Assembly: GCA_964016885.1 (NCBI GenBank) | Contig: OZ024756.1 | Span: 21,328,001 to 21,392,000, forward strand | DNA length: 64,000 bases | Direction: 5' to 3' | Source: Eledone cirrhosa | Taxonomy: Eukaryota | Shown: positions 36,130 through 48,585 of the stretch, piece after piece | Position numbering within the stretch: the first letter of the stretch is position 1 | Layout: each line of letters begins with the position of its first letter | Translations under genes and position numbers: made by a program | The notes under the pieces: model-generated | What the model was told of the DNA's origin: nothing | What the model saw: the letters and a program-made list of their open reading frames with translations, nothing else | Databases searched by the model: none

Positions 36130-36420
36130 ATAATTGTTTCTACTTTTGGCACAAGGTGAGCAATTACCCAGTACATTACTGGTGCATTATTTTATCGACC
36201 CCGTACGGATGAAAGACAAAGTTAACCTCGCGCGATTTGAACTCAGAAGGTAAAGTGCCATAACTCTATGCTGCAAAGCATGGTGTCTGAGGCTCTATCA
36301 ATGCTGCCAATCCACCACTCTATTAAATAATAATGGTTTCTAATTCAGGTACAAGGCCAAGAATTTGAAAGGAAGAAGAAGTTGATTAAATCGACCCCAC
36401 TGCGTTACTGGTACTTTAAT
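36130..36420 (-). mobile_element. SINE family A copy plus 3' fragment
   Basis: Reverse-complement full copy at 36130-36320. Confidence 0.85.
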
Positions 36421-36697
36421 ACGTAGAAATAAAAGCTAAGTTTTGAATAAAAACATTAATATATATCCCTAGCCAATGTATACTTCTAAGACGTTATGCT
36501 GTGCTTTGCCTGAGATTTCGTTGCTATTTTCTGCTGGTCGAGGGACCACGTAAGAGCACCCTCCTCAGCCTATCGTCACGTTCTTGCTGTCGTTGGTCGT
36601 GTGGACAAGTAGTGGTGAAATAAATGGAAGTAAAAGTCAATTATAACGACTCCAATACTTAACTAGTATTTTGCTTTTTTTTATTGACAACCAAAAA

Positions 36698-36892
36698 TAA
36701 TTGTTTCTACTTTTGGCACAAGGCCAGCAATTACCCCAGTGTATTACTGGTACTCTATTTTATCGACCCCGTAAGGATGAAAGGCAAAGTTAACCTCGGC
36801 GGGATTTGAACTCGGACTGTAAAGGGTCGTAACTCTATGCTGCAAAGCATGTTGTGAGACTCTCTACCACCGATACTGCCAATCCACCGCCC
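36698..36892 (-). mobile_element. SINE family A, full-length
   Basis: Reverse-complement A/B boxes and body. Confidence 0.9.
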
Positions 36893-37418
36893 TTCCATCC
36901 CCGCCAAAAAATAATGAAAAGCAAAGTGTTTCGCTCCTTTGAGATTTGAATTCAGAACACATACAAAAATAAAACGCAACCAATTCGCTACCAATTAAGC
37001 TTGTCATCGGCCTCTTTGCCGTGTATAAATAATATCATTTATATACAAATCATCTAAGCCGGGAGCACCTTTTGTCGTTGAAAAACTAAAAATACCTGCG
37101 ACCCTTTCTAATTGGTGTACTTTCAACGATGTCCCTAGCTAACGTTGTACATGAAACAATTATACAGTAATTATATGTAAATATCTCTTGAAATAAATCT
37201 CGTTTCAACAAACGATTAACATATATTAGGAATTGAAGTCTGTTGCGATGTCGTCAGATAAACCTCTTCCTCAAATAAACACCTTTTCATCTATCGTGTC
37301 AAATGAATTATTTATCTCGCCAGAAAAAAAGAAATGTGATCAAAGCCCATTCATGAATGAACTTGCAGTTAAACAACTATTACATACATTCACATACATG
37401 CCCCCCCCCTCTCTCTCT

Positions 37419-37462
<44 letters not shown>

Positions 37463-37551
37463 AGAGAGAGAGGGGGGGGGGCAATGTATGTGAATGTATG
37501 TAATAGTTGTCTAACTGCAAGTTCATTCATGAATGGGCTTTGATCACATTT

Positions 37552-37592
<41 letters not shown>

Positions 37593-37594
<2 letters not shown>

Positions 37595-37755
37595 GTATTT
37601 CCCGGCGCGGAAGACGCTTCGTCCTCGAGGACGCACCCTAATATTGACAACCAAAAATTTGAAAAAATATAATGAACAACCTTCGGGCTTCAGGACGCAT
37701 GTTAAATATTTGAGACTTATTTTATGAAAAATGTAGCGTCTTCGACGCCGGGATA
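37593..37755. mobile_element. Tc2/pogo-type MITE inserted in (TA)n
   Basis: TIRs CCGTATTTCCCGGCGCGGAAGACGC / GCGTCTTCGACGCCGGGATA, with subterminal GACGC repeats. Confidence 0.7.
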
Positions 37756-38360
37756 TATATATATACACATATACAGAGAGAGAGAGTAGATCAGGAATGA
37801 TGATTTCATACGAATGAAACAGTTCTAGTTCTGTAGAAGCTTGTTCTATAGAAACCTCTATCATCAATAACTTTTTTTCCTATAACTTTTTGTCCCAATA
37901 ACTTTTTTTTAGTTATTGCTCGCACCAACCAGAGGTATAGCCAGTCACTCTCTCTTAGCTGGCCTCTTCCTCACCCTTTCACTCACTCACTCTCTGCTTC
38001 TCCTCCTCTCTCACTTCCTCCCGTTTGACCTGTGTGAAATCCTTTTCTCGTTCACATCTCGCCCAGGTCGGATGGTCTTTACCTCTCGTCTATGATTTTA
38101 CCGAACTTAAGTTCATAGATATCACGGACTTGTTTCTCCTATTCCTCTCTTTCCGTTGCATTACCATTTTTGTTTCTTTACATGTCTCGCTCGCTTCACC
38201 CTATTTTACGTGTCCCAATAACTTTCTTTAGTTATTGCTCGCACCAACCAGAGGTATATGATCTTTAAAGCGAAGAAATACCAATGAAGGTTGGAAGATC
38301 AATGATGAAGGACTCATTTTATTCATATGTAACCCATGTACAACCACGCAGCACGCCATT

Positions 38361-38421
<61 letters not shown>

Positions 38422-38509
38422 GTAAAAGGTAAACAGAAATAACAACACAATCGGTACAGTATATGGAAGCAATATATTAGGTTAACGCTTGATATAGCAG
38501 GAAGAGGGG

Positions 38510-38543
38510 CTTAACGTTTCGGACGCTAGTCCTTCATCAGAAG
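38510..38543 (-). ncRNA. Minimal hammerhead ribozyme motif (family H1)
   Basis: CTT-CTGATGA-A-GGAC-TAGC-GTCC-GAAA-CGTT-AAG, with stem I CTT/AAG. Confidence 0.65.
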
Positions 38544-38904
38544 AAAGAATGAGAAATAAGATTGATTGAAGGGACGGGCGGGGTGGTGTATTTGGAAAAA
38601 AATGTCTTCAGATAAAAATAACAGGTCCATTCATGTTGACACACACACACACACATATATATATATATTCATAAGATGTGTGTGTATGTACTTTGCTCTC
38701 TCATTCGGTATAAATGAGGGCATATCGTTTTTTTTCGATCTTTTCTGTCCTCTCTCACCTCTGAACAATCATGCGCAGTCATATATATATGACTGCGCAT
38801 GATATATACATACATACAATATATACATACATATACATATGTATATATATAGTCATGTTCTTACAAGCCCCTTTATACAAATAAACATCCACGCCCCCAC
38901 ACCA

Positions 38905-38971
<67 letters not shown>

Positions 38972-38989
38972 CATATGTAGTGTCTTTCT

Positions 38990-39036
<47 letters not shown>

Positions 39037-39066
39037 CATATATATGCATGAAGTATCTCTCTCTCT

Positions 39067-39110
<44 letters not shown>

Positions 39111-39468
39111 TGTGTGTGTGCATGTATATATGTATATATATATATATATATATATGTAGGGGAGGAGCAGGGAAAGAGAGGGGATGGTCATGTTCTTGGT
39201 TGAAATCAATGGCTTTAACACGTTACGTTTGAATGACAGCATAGTGGTCCTTTACCGAGGTATTAGTCATTAAAACCAAAGTTAAGTGTAGTAATCGTGG
39301 CGGAACACCTTAATAATAATAGTAATAATAATAATAATAATAGTAATAATAATAATAGTAATAATAGTAATAATAATAATAATATTGAGTCGTCAAGTAT
39401 GGAATTTGTAGAAATTTGTAGAAAAAACACAAATTTCTACAAATTTCTTACTTGACGACCCAATAATG

Positions 39469-39789
39469 ATTTCTTTATTAACCACAAGGGTTTACATAAA
39501 GTAGACATTAAGGACAGTGCAGGACAATGCAGTACGGTACAAATGGGCATTTCTGCGTGTAAAAAACAAAAACAGAGGATGTAACAAAAAAAACAATGAA
39601 AAATTCCCCAATAGGAGGGAGACTTCGGAGGGACATTTGTGGAGAAAGCCCAGTAAAAAGCCACAATGACCCTGACCACCAAGGCAAGTGCCCTCTCCCA
39701 GTTTTCCACCTTTAATTTACAGATATATACTCAGAGTAGGCCATACATACTCGGGCCATTCTTGCTTCTCTCACCCATCTTTCAACAAA
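39469..39789 (-). mobile_element. 5'-truncated L1/Tx1-like LINE with target-site duplication
   Basis: Encodes FVERWVREARMARV...* then a 3' UTR ending AATAAAGAAA. Flanked by the direct repeat ACTTGACGACCCAATAATG (39450-39468 and 39790-39808). Confidence 0.7.
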
Positions 39790-40210
39790 ACTTGACGACC
39801 CAATAATGGAAATTAGTGTAACAACAACCACAACGCTCATAATACCTTTAACAACAACAACAACAACAACAGCAATAACAACTTCAATAATAATAATAAT
39901 AGTCCTATGTAAGAAGACACAGCGGGAGATATCTTTATTAAACCTTTTCTTGTTATTGATGTTCATAGCCCTACCTTTTACTTGTGTGTATGTGTGTATG
40001 TATATATGTGCGTGCATATGTGTGTGTGCGTGTGTGTGTATGTATGTGTGCGTGTACGTATATATATATGCGTGTGTGTGTGTGTGTGTGTGTGTGTATA
40101 CGTATATATGCGCGTGCATGTGTGTGTGTATACGTATATATGTGCGCACGTGTGTGTGTGTAATTATATATGTGCGTGCATATATGTGTACGTATATATG
40201 TACATATGTG

Positions 40211-40257
<47 letters not shown>

Positions 40258-40454
40258 ATGTGTGTGTGTATGTATGTATGTGTGTACGTATATGCATTAT
40301 ATGAGGCATGTCTGTCTGTACGTATATATGTTTGGGTGTGCGTATATATTTACGTGATTGCGGGAGTTTGTGCGTGTATGCACGTATATATGTGCATATC
40401 TCCGTATATATGTGCGTGTATGCGTGTTTGATTCCGTATGACCTCGTCCTTTTT

Positions 40455-40622
40455 GTCTTTTCCTTCTTCTACATCTTCCCCTCCTTCTTCTTCTACTTCT
40501 TCTTCTCCTTCTTCTTCTTCTTCTTCTTCTTCTTCTTCTTCTCCTTCTCCTTCTTCTTCTTCTTCTTCTTCTTCTTCTTCTTCTTCTTCTTCTTCTTCTT
40601 CTTCTCCTTCTTCTTCTTCTTC
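40455..40622. repeat. (TTC)n tract
   Basis: Direct reading. Confidence 0.95.
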
Positions 40623-41133
40623 CCACATTGATTACATCGTGAAATACTTGGAAGTTTTATTAAGAATAACTAAAATAATTGTCTTTTATCTATGTTATTT
40701 CTATTAATATTTCTGATATTTTCTTCTTATCGTCCGGTTTGTTATTTGAAGGCCTCTGTCGGAAATACCTTGAAGTTACTAAACCTAATTAAAGGTGTTT
40801 ATTGTTATTTCTCTGACGTTTGATTCAAGTTCAGTGAACACATGCTCAGATCTAAGGATGCCTGCTACGTGAGTTCGCTTTTCGGTCATCTGATTACACT
40901 TTGACACCATCAGTCCCTCACTCTTTCTCTCGATCTCTCTTGAAACGAGACGTCCGTCTGGGAAGAGATATATTAGATATGTCTCATATGAAATAATACA
41001 GCCAATTTTCCACGCAATACTTTTAGTTAGCACCCCGAACGCATAATTGGGAATATAATCACTTATTTCCTAATGTTTGTTGAGTGAGTTGGAATTTGGC
41101 CGGAGTATCGCTAAAAAGCTTTCTCCGATATTG

Positions 41134-41174
<41 letters not shown>

Positions 41175-41244
41175 TTGTTTGAGGACTCTGCCTTCACGAC
41201 CCTCTCAGGAATAAGTGGGCGAAGAAGAACTTATATTATCAGTA

Positions 41245-41430
41245 TGGCAGTATCGGTAGAGGGTCGGACGTCATGCTTTGACGCATAGAGTTACGGCCCC
41301 TTCTATTCTGAGTTCAAATCCCGCCGAGGTCAACTTTGCCTTTCATCTTTACGGGGTCGATAAAATAAAGTACCAGTAATGTACTGGGTAATTGCTGGCC
41401 TTGTGCCAAAAGTAGAAACAATTATCAGTA
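41245..41430 (+). mobile_element. SINE family A, full-length
   Basis: A/B boxes. Flanked by the direct repeat ATTATCAGTATGGC (~41235 and ~41421), consistent with a target-site duplication. Confidence 0.9.
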
Positions 41431-41725
41431 TGGCCAATAAAAAGAAACATGATTTTCACCAAGGAGGTAATCCATAGGATTAGCTCCTTAGTTGTAATTG
41501 TAACCTTATTATGTAAGAAGCTGTCTGATGAGATCGTGGCACTGGGTACTACGCAGAGTCACGTGGCCACTGTCGTCATCAAAGTATGTATGACGGCCAT
41601 ATCAATAAAAGATTTTATCATCTAAACTTTGTATTTCCTTATTCAAAAAATACTCCATCACTCCTATGTGGAAAATACACATTGAGTTCTCGAATTGAAT
41701 TACATCAATGTTTTTACGATGTATG

Positions 41726-41768
<43 letters not shown>

Positions 41769-42794
41769 ATATATGTATATATGTGCACCCATATTTAGGT
41801 GTTAGTGGTAAGAGAGAAAGAAAGAGAGTTGACTAAACAGAACTGATATTGATATATACATGCTTATATCAAATAAATCTGAACACTTGTTTGTCTGCGT
41901 AATCTTATGTGTGTCTATATATACACATACATATATAACAAACTGAACACACACACACACACACACGTACGCACATACATATATACATAATCAAATATGT
42001 CTATATATCTGTGTGTGTATACATATATGTGTATATATATATATGTGTATATATATATGTGTGTGTATATATATATGTGTGTGTGTATATATATGTGTGT
42101 GTGTGTATATATATGTGTGTGTGTGTATATATATGTGTGTGTGTGTATATATATGTGTGTATATATATGTGTGTATATGTATATATATATTGTTATACTC
42201 GTTCCTATTACCCACTCTACTACCCTAAGTATTGAGTACTTTCTTGCGTTATGGTCCATTTGCTTCCCTACCACATTTCCTTCGTTATATATATATGTAT
42301 ATATATATATAGTAAGGTGCATTATTGGTTGTGTAAAATGGTCCAATAAATTTATGTTATTAATATTAAGTTCTCCACGCTTTAGTATATCTCCAATTCC
42401 ATTCAAGGGAACAGCTAGATGATGTAAAACGGAGTATAAGTATCAAAATGAAAATCCGAAGGCAAGGTTAAATTCCAATCCTTTAATCACGACACTTGTT
42501 TCAATAAGGGAATGAATTCTGTGAGAGAATATCGTTATTTTTCTCCCTCATATCAAGAATTTGAAGACAATTCATTTTCACTTGATGAGATCAGTGATAA
42601 TCGATCATGGCTTCACAATCGATCTATCTCTTATTGAAACATGTGTCGTGATTAAATCATTGGAATTTTACCTTGCCTTCGGATTTTCATTTTGATATAT
42701 ATATATATATATATCTTTTTTTTCTCATTTTTTCTTATTACTTCCTCTCATCACTCTTTACTTTCTATTTATCCTCTATTTCTACCTTTATTTT

Positions 42795-42823
42795 CTGATG
42801 AAGGACTAGTGTCCGAAACGTTA
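42795..42823 (+). ncRNA. Minimal type-I hammerhead ribozyme motif (family H1)
   Basis: CTGATGA-A-GGAC-TAGT-GTCC-GAAA-CGTT: intact core, 4-bp stem II, palindromic stem III. Confidence 0.6.
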
Positions 42824-43130
42824 TGACTATCTTCCTGCTATTTCAAGCATTAAAGTAATATATTCCTCCCACGAACTGTGCCGCTTGTTTTGTTGTTTTT
42901 ATTATATACATAATACGTGTTTTGCAACGGGTCACTTTGTGGCTCAATGAAAAGTGAATAAATTAAATAATCAGAACTATATATCATAAAACATGTCTAT
43001 TTGTTGGAGATTTTTTCATAGAAGCCTTATTCTTATAGCTTGGTCTATTCGATTTTTTATATGGTTAATTATGCTAATTGGGAGAGGAAATGGTATATAT
43101 TTTATCTGGTGATTCTATAGACATGTTTTA

Positions 43131-43172
<42 letters not shown>

Positions 43173-43809
43173 CGGCGATGAATTAGTTTAGCGAGGTTTT
43201 TTATATGAAATCGTGTGTCGAAACAAATATTGTTATACTTGGGGAGGGTCATATTTGTGTAATATTGCCAGAATTAATAACAGAACACACTCACTGTTTG
43301 GTTGGTTTTCGCTTCTCGCTGTCTTTTATATCTGCGATCTAACTTAATCGGTCCTCAATGTTGCCATTGACTGACCGACGGTCAAAAATAATACAGATAC
43401 AATATAGACACAAACACATATATATAGTTTACATAATTTACATAAATCTTTCGTTGCACATCTGCAACACCGTCAGTGGTGTTATATTTTTTCCTCCTGT
43501 TGTGTTGTATGTCTACGCCATTTTTTTATTCAGTCTGTCTATATATTTATTTATTTATTTGCTTGTTTGTTTATTTTATTTTGTCTTCTTTGCGCATGCG
43601 TTTGCGTGTGTGTACAGTGTTGTGTGTGCTGTGTGACTAGTGTGTATAGTGTTGTCTGCTGGGTGACTAGTGTGTGTTTATGTGCTTGTTGTTATTGTGC
43701 TTGTGTATGTATTTAATTATCTTATTTTATTTTATTTTATTTTATTTTAGTGAGTGTGTTCTGTTATTAATTCTGGCAATATTACACAAATATGACCCTC
43801 CCCAAGTAT

Positions 43810-43853
<44 letters not shown>

Positions 43854-44524
43854 ATGTATGTATGTATGTATGTATGCATGTGTGTATGTATGTATATCTA
43901 TGCTTGTGTGTGTATGTATATATATATATGTATACATGTGTGTGTATATATATATATATTATATGTGTGTGTGTGTATGTGTGTATGCATTTGTGTATGT
44001 GTATCTATGCGTGTGTGTGTATGTATACTTGGGTATGTGTATATATATATATATATGCATACACATACACATCATTTACGAATGTATACACGTATATACG
44101 TATAATTATACATACGCTGTTGTGTATCATGTAAGCAACCGCATGCCAAAAATATACTACGGCTTCTACGTCGGCAGTACATTAAATATATATTGGCATC
44201 AAACCAGAAAGCACCTGTAGTCATGCAATTGTTGAACTACGCTTGACCTTAGGTCAGTCTGGCATGTTTGTTGACATCTTCGACAGTACAGATTACACAA
44301 TGATATCAATTATCACGAATCACACGATAGCCATTCCCCTTCGGCTTATGTTTGTCCCTCTCTTAAGAATTTTGGTGTAGTAGTATATTTTACAAGGAAA
44401 CATTAGACGTAACGACGCAGACAGATAAGTTCTATCTCGCCCTCTCCCCCTCTCTTTCTGTCTCTCTCTCACTCTCTCTCTCTCTTTCTCTCTGTATTTA
44501 TATATCTCTCTATATATATATATA

Positions 44525-45313
44525 TGATAAAATGGGGAGAAAAATACTGCTGGTAGCACATGGATAACATGTAATTAAATAAGTCCCTCATCAGTGATTT
44601 GCCGACGATCATAGATATTTCATTGCATTAAAAATCATATACCTCACGTCGGTGCAATAATAACTAAATTAAGTTATTAGGACAATTAAAACGCGTAAAG
44701 CGAGTGAGACAGGAAAACAACAAAGAGTAGAGCTAACCGTAGAGGAAGGAAACAAGCTTCATAGTTATTCTGTTAGCATAAGCTAGGCGAATAAATGAGC
44801 GCTTAGAAAAAGGACCTTTCGCGAACGAATGCAATGTAAGAAAGAGAGAAATTGCTTTCGTTGCGAACGGGGTGAAGTGAGGAGAGGAGAAACAGTGAGT
44901 GAGTGAGTGGAAGTGTGAGGAAGAGTTAACTGACATGACAGAGGGGGCGAAAGAAAGTAGAAGAAACAGAGAGAATGAGGGAGCAGTAAGAGAGAGAGAG
45001 AGAAAAAAACAGAATCGCAGTTTAGGTAAATATATGTGATAAAATGGGGAGAAAAATACTGCTGGTAGCACATGGATAACATGTAATTAAATAAGTCCCT
45101 CATCAGTGATTTGCCGACGATCATAGATATTTCATTGCATTAAAAATCATATACCTCACGTCGGTGCAATAATAACTAAATTAAGTTATTAGGACAATTA
45201 AAACGCGTAAAGCGAGTGAGACAGGAAAACAACAAAGAGTAGAGCTAACCGTAGAGGAAGGAAACAAGCTTCATAGTTATTCTGTTAGCATAAGCTAGGT
45301 GAATATATGAGCG

Positions 45314-45318
<5 letters not shown>
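44525..45318. repeat. ~280-bp near-identical direct repeats 512 bp apart, bounded by (AT)n
   Basis: 44525-44806 and 45037-45318. Confidence 0.9.
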
Positions 45319-45358
<40 letters not shown>

Positions 45359-45675
45359 TTAAAATACAAATATTAATAAAATAGATATTCTTTTGATCGA
45401 TTAAATTTTATTATACATATTTCAGAGGTACAACAGTATGTCCTCATCAGACAAAATATAATTATTTCTCCATTTGGCACAAGGCCAGCAATTACACGGT
45501 AGGTTACTGGTACTTTATTTTATCGACCCCGTAAGGATGAAAGGCAAAGTTAACCTCGGCATAATATAATGATACATGCCATACGCTGAGATGTTAAATG
45601 GTTAAGATTTAATCACCTTGATTAAATCTTAACCATTTAACATCTCAGGGTATTTCATGTATCATTATATTTTGT

Positions 45676-45712
45676 CTGATGAGGACGTACTGTTGTACCT
45701 CTGAAATATGTA
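45676..45712 (+). ncRNA. Hammerhead-like motif (family H4), with mirror copy at ~45414-45450
   Basis: CTGATGA-GGACGTAC-TGTT-GTACCTCT-GAAA-TATGTA, followed by AATAAA. Confidence 0.4.
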
Positions 45713-45981
45713 TAATAAAATTTAATTGATCAAAAGAACATCTATTTTATTAATATTTGTATTTTAATATTAATAACTCTGGAAAATTATTTTTTCTTGT
45801 AGAGTGCTTCCAATCTACTGTAAAACTCATTCTTTGATGTGCTCATTGAATCTTGTTTAACTCTTTAATATATATATATATATATTAGAATTGGAAAGCC
45901 GTACTGCCCTCTCATTATGTATGAATGTGTGTGTGTGTGTGTGTATATATACAATGTGTGTGTGTGTATATATATATATAA

Positions 45982-46012
<31 letters not shown>

Positions 46013-46164
46013 GTGTGTATATATATACATACACCTAAACGCACACACACATATATATATATCTATATATATATATGCACAAATTAAATGGAGACATCAA
46101 AGCAAACAACATATTACGATGAAGAAATATATTAGTTAAACGCTTGGTATAGTGTGCAAAGATT

Positions 46165-46198
46165 CTTTACGTTTCAGATACTAGTCTTTCATCAGAAG
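46165..46198 (-). ncRNA. Diverged hammerhead motif (family H1)
   Basis: CTT-CTGATGA-A-AGAC-TAGT-ATCT-GAAA-CGTA-AAG. Confidence 0.5.
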
Positions 46199-46589
46199 AT
46201 AGATATAGAAATAAAAAATGAAATTGAAAGATAAATAGGGAGAAGAGGAAAGAACAGAACATTTTTGTCTCAGAATAAACGTCAAATTAGGCCAAAATTC
46301 CTAGAAGACCACACATTTTCAAAATATCAAACCTTCATTTACAACACGAATCAACGTAATACTTACGTAAAGTTATTTGAGTAGATGAGTAGATAAATTG
46401 ATACATATATTAAAGTATAAATGCGAGGAAATGATAAACAAAATATACCTATTTTTTCTTCGAAATACCGACTGCAGTTTCGTCAACTGAATTACAGAAA
46501 TCGCTCAACAGAAAATTGCACCATCGCTTTGATGTTGAAGGCTTATCAAGTGACCGCTCACTTTAGTAGACTATTTTTTTACCCGACTA

Positions 46590-46790
46590 TTACAAATGAA
46601 TAATTCTCGGGAGGGAGAAACTATCGGGAGACACAGCGGTCACATATTTGTTTTGCTTTACAAAATCATTTGGAAATGACCGGTTGGATCCTAGTGAGCT
46701 AGGTGGGGTGGCTGCTACAACGTGTATCGCTGGCAATATCTTTGCCATTCTATCCGCAATGTCGCAGCCGAAACACCACAATGACTTAGG
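46590..46790 (-). pseudogene. Possible decayed hAT transposase C-terminal dimerisation region
   Basis: LW...MAKILPAIHVVAATPPSSLGSNRSF...KQNK....SPD weakly resembles 'WW...L..L..P.SS...ER.FS....R..L.P'. Confidence 0.25.
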
Positions 46791-47195
46791 TGCAGAGTCT
46801 GTCAACCTCTCCCTTTCTCTATTTCTTTCGTTGCTTAATAGCCCTAACCCTTTACCCCTTTTCCTCTCATTTCAGTACTCAACGTCCTGTGTTTTCTTCT
46901 ATCTCTCATTCTATCTTCTAATTATGAATTTGTAAAACTTTTGATTCTCCAGTTTTCATTATTCTAAATGATTTTCATAAGCTATCAATTAGGTTTCGAT
47001 TTAATTAAAAGAAGAACAATGTTTTCATTATTGTTAAAATACCAGTCTAGGGCGGAGGTTTGGATAAGTCGTTAGAGCGACGGACATGGTGTTTTGTGAC
47101 ATTTGTTCTGGGTCTTTGCGTTCTAAGTTCTTGAGTAGTAGGTTTAATACCACTGCTTGCACCTCATGTTCCTTAAGTTGTGCTCTCTCTCTCTC

Positions 47196-47236
<41 letters not shown>

Positions 47237-47601
47237 ATGCTGCAAACATTTGGGTCAGGTCTACGGTTTCAAAATAACTTCCTCCCATCCCCTTACCAAT
47301 CTCGGAGACCCTCAAATGTGTGAAGGGTCATAGGCGTTGCCGTACCATCCGTCACTAAACGGTAAAAAAAAAAAAGAAAGAAAAAGCTCCTCTCACCCTT
47401 CTCGTTCATTTGATGCGTGAGTATTTGTTTCAAAGATGCCGTGATATGTTGCAGACAATGTGGTGTCATTAACGTACTGAAAACAAAATATGAAACAATC
47501 AGCGTAAGCTAATGGCTAGATTTCGTTTTGAACAAGCATAAAAATACATTCCCCTCATTATTTATGCCGCATTGCCTTTGTATCATGATTTATAACGATT
47601 A

Positions 47602-47790
47602 TATCATGTCTCAGGAAAGAATCGCTGGACAGAATTTACGGGCGAAACCAACAAGTAGGAGACCCAGAGGTAGAGCCCGAGCAAGATGGTTGGATAATAT
47701 CCATGAACTTGGCTAGTCACGCTTCGGAATCCAGCCGGATCAGTTGGAGACGGTTGCTTCTGACAAGACCCGTCATAAGCCTGCTCAGTC
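47602..47790 (+). mobile_element. RTE-type LINE 3' remnant
   Basis: MSQERIAGQNLRAKPTSRRPRGRARARWLDNIHELG, the RTE 'RRPRGRP..RW.D' motif. Confidence 0.75.
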
Positions 47791-47943
47791 ATGACACTGT
47801 TGGGGTTAAATAACAATAACAACAACGGAATACATGGAATAACCTCTTCCTTTCCTAGAAATAGTAACTGAACTTCACTCAAATTGCAAATGACCGTATG
47901 TTGATTGATATTAAAAACGAGAAATTTTTACGTAAATAAACGA

Positions 47944-48585
47944 CTTGATAAAGTGTCTAGCTCGGAGATCAGAGAATCACTCCGATACTATGGACATGTG
48001 GTTAGAATGTCTCTGGACAGATCTATGGCTCGGAGATCAGAGAATCACTCCGATACTATGGGCATGTGGTTAGAATGTCTCTGGACAGATCTATGGCTCG
48101 GAGATCAGAGAATCACTCCGATACTATGGGCATGTGGTTAGAATGTCTCTGGACAGATCTATGGCTCGGAGATCAGAGAATCACTCCGATACTATGGGCA
48201 TGTGGTTAGAATGTCTCTGGACAGATCTATGGCTCGGAGATCAGAGAATCACTCCGATACTATGGGCATGTGGTTAGAATGTCTCTGGACAGATCTATGG
48301 CTCGGAGATCAGAGAATCACTCCGATACTATGGGCATGTGGTTAGAATGTCTCTGGACAGATCTATGGCTCGGAGATCAGAGAATCACTCCGATACTATG
48401 GGCATGTGGTTAGAATGTCTCTGGACAGATCTATGGCTCGGAGATCAGAGAATCACTCCGATACTATGGGCATGTGGTTAGAATGTCTCTGGACAGATCT
48501 ATGGCTCGGAGATCAGAGAATCACTCCAGGTAGAGCCACTACCTCTCCGAATTGAGAGATCACAGATCCGATACTATGGTCATGC
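47944..48585 (+). repeat. 68-bp minisatellite (~8.3 copies, 47961-48527) inside an RTE LINE fragment
   Basis: Unit CTCGGAGATCAGAGAATCACTCCGATACTATGGGCATGTGGTTAGAATGTCTCTGGACAGATCTATGG, near-identical copies. Flanks translate as LDKVSSSEIRESL and QVEPLPLRIERSQIRYYGH. Confidence 0.92.

Noticed and set aside
40297-40707. Poly-R/E/S/F ORFs
   Set aside because: (TTC)n microsatellite.
47961-48527. 68-bp period as CRISPR repeat plus spacer
   Set aside because: The whole unit is repeated almost identically and derives from LINE sequence.
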